From Schmidtea polychroa (lineage: Eukaryota), in contig CM097885.1 of the NCBI GenBank assembly GCA_044892525.1, positions 238,392,001 to 238,456,000 of the forward strand: a stretch of DNA of 64,000 bases. The letters run 5' to 3'. The translations under genes were made by a program, and so were the position numbers. Shown here in pieces: positions 63,721-64,000 of the stretch; position 1 is the first letter of the stretch; every line of letters begins with the position of its first letter. Below the pieces are notes generated by a model. The model saw only the letters and a program-made list of their open reading frames with translations. It ran no database searches and had not been told where the DNA came from.

Positions 63721-64000
63721 GATTCTGCATAGTAAAATTTGTTTAAATTAATAATAAATAACTAAAAAATAATTAAAATTTGCAAGTTTACTTTGTGAGA
63801 ATTTCCATGATTCTGTAGGAATTTGTTCTTGCAATACTGAGGTTTTTTCTCCTTGGAATAAATATTTAAGTTGTCAGCATTATTTATTTCCATTTCATCA
63901 ATATGATTGGTCAGTGAATCAGAAATTGAGAAATATGATAAGTTTTCATTGCCATTCATAAGACTTTTATTGTAGAGAGGAAATCTCGGCTGATCGTCAT

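Overview
AT-rich eukaryotic (metazoan-type) genomic DNA with ~40-49 bp GT-AG introns and dense transposon debris. It is not prokaryotic; a flatworm-like host is plausible but cannot be proven from sequence. 1-18703 is non-coding: a >=3.5 kb-arm inverted repeat, satellite blocks and a near-perfect 5,672-bp tandem duplication ending in a poly-C/poly-G hairpin. 20463-27266 is a three-level nest: a Mutator-like MITE contains a ~1 kb solo LTR, which contains a 5.47 kb TG..CA element with a 4-bp TSD and its own ORFs. Two host genes are recognisable. ODAD3/CCDC151 (27568-43748) has two TE-filled giant introns, and a ZC3H13/Flacc-like gene lies at 44397-46383. The most notable region is 49000-54150: an LTR followed by a compact, intronless, virus-like minus-strand gene cassette that includes a decayed TRAF gene (zinc fingers, coiled coil, MATH domain) split by a piggyBac insertion. 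The rest holds an RLE-type LINE, two solo LTRs, a mariner remnant and a Penelope element with a hammerhead ribozyme. Protein assignments rest on motif recognition by eye, not database searches.
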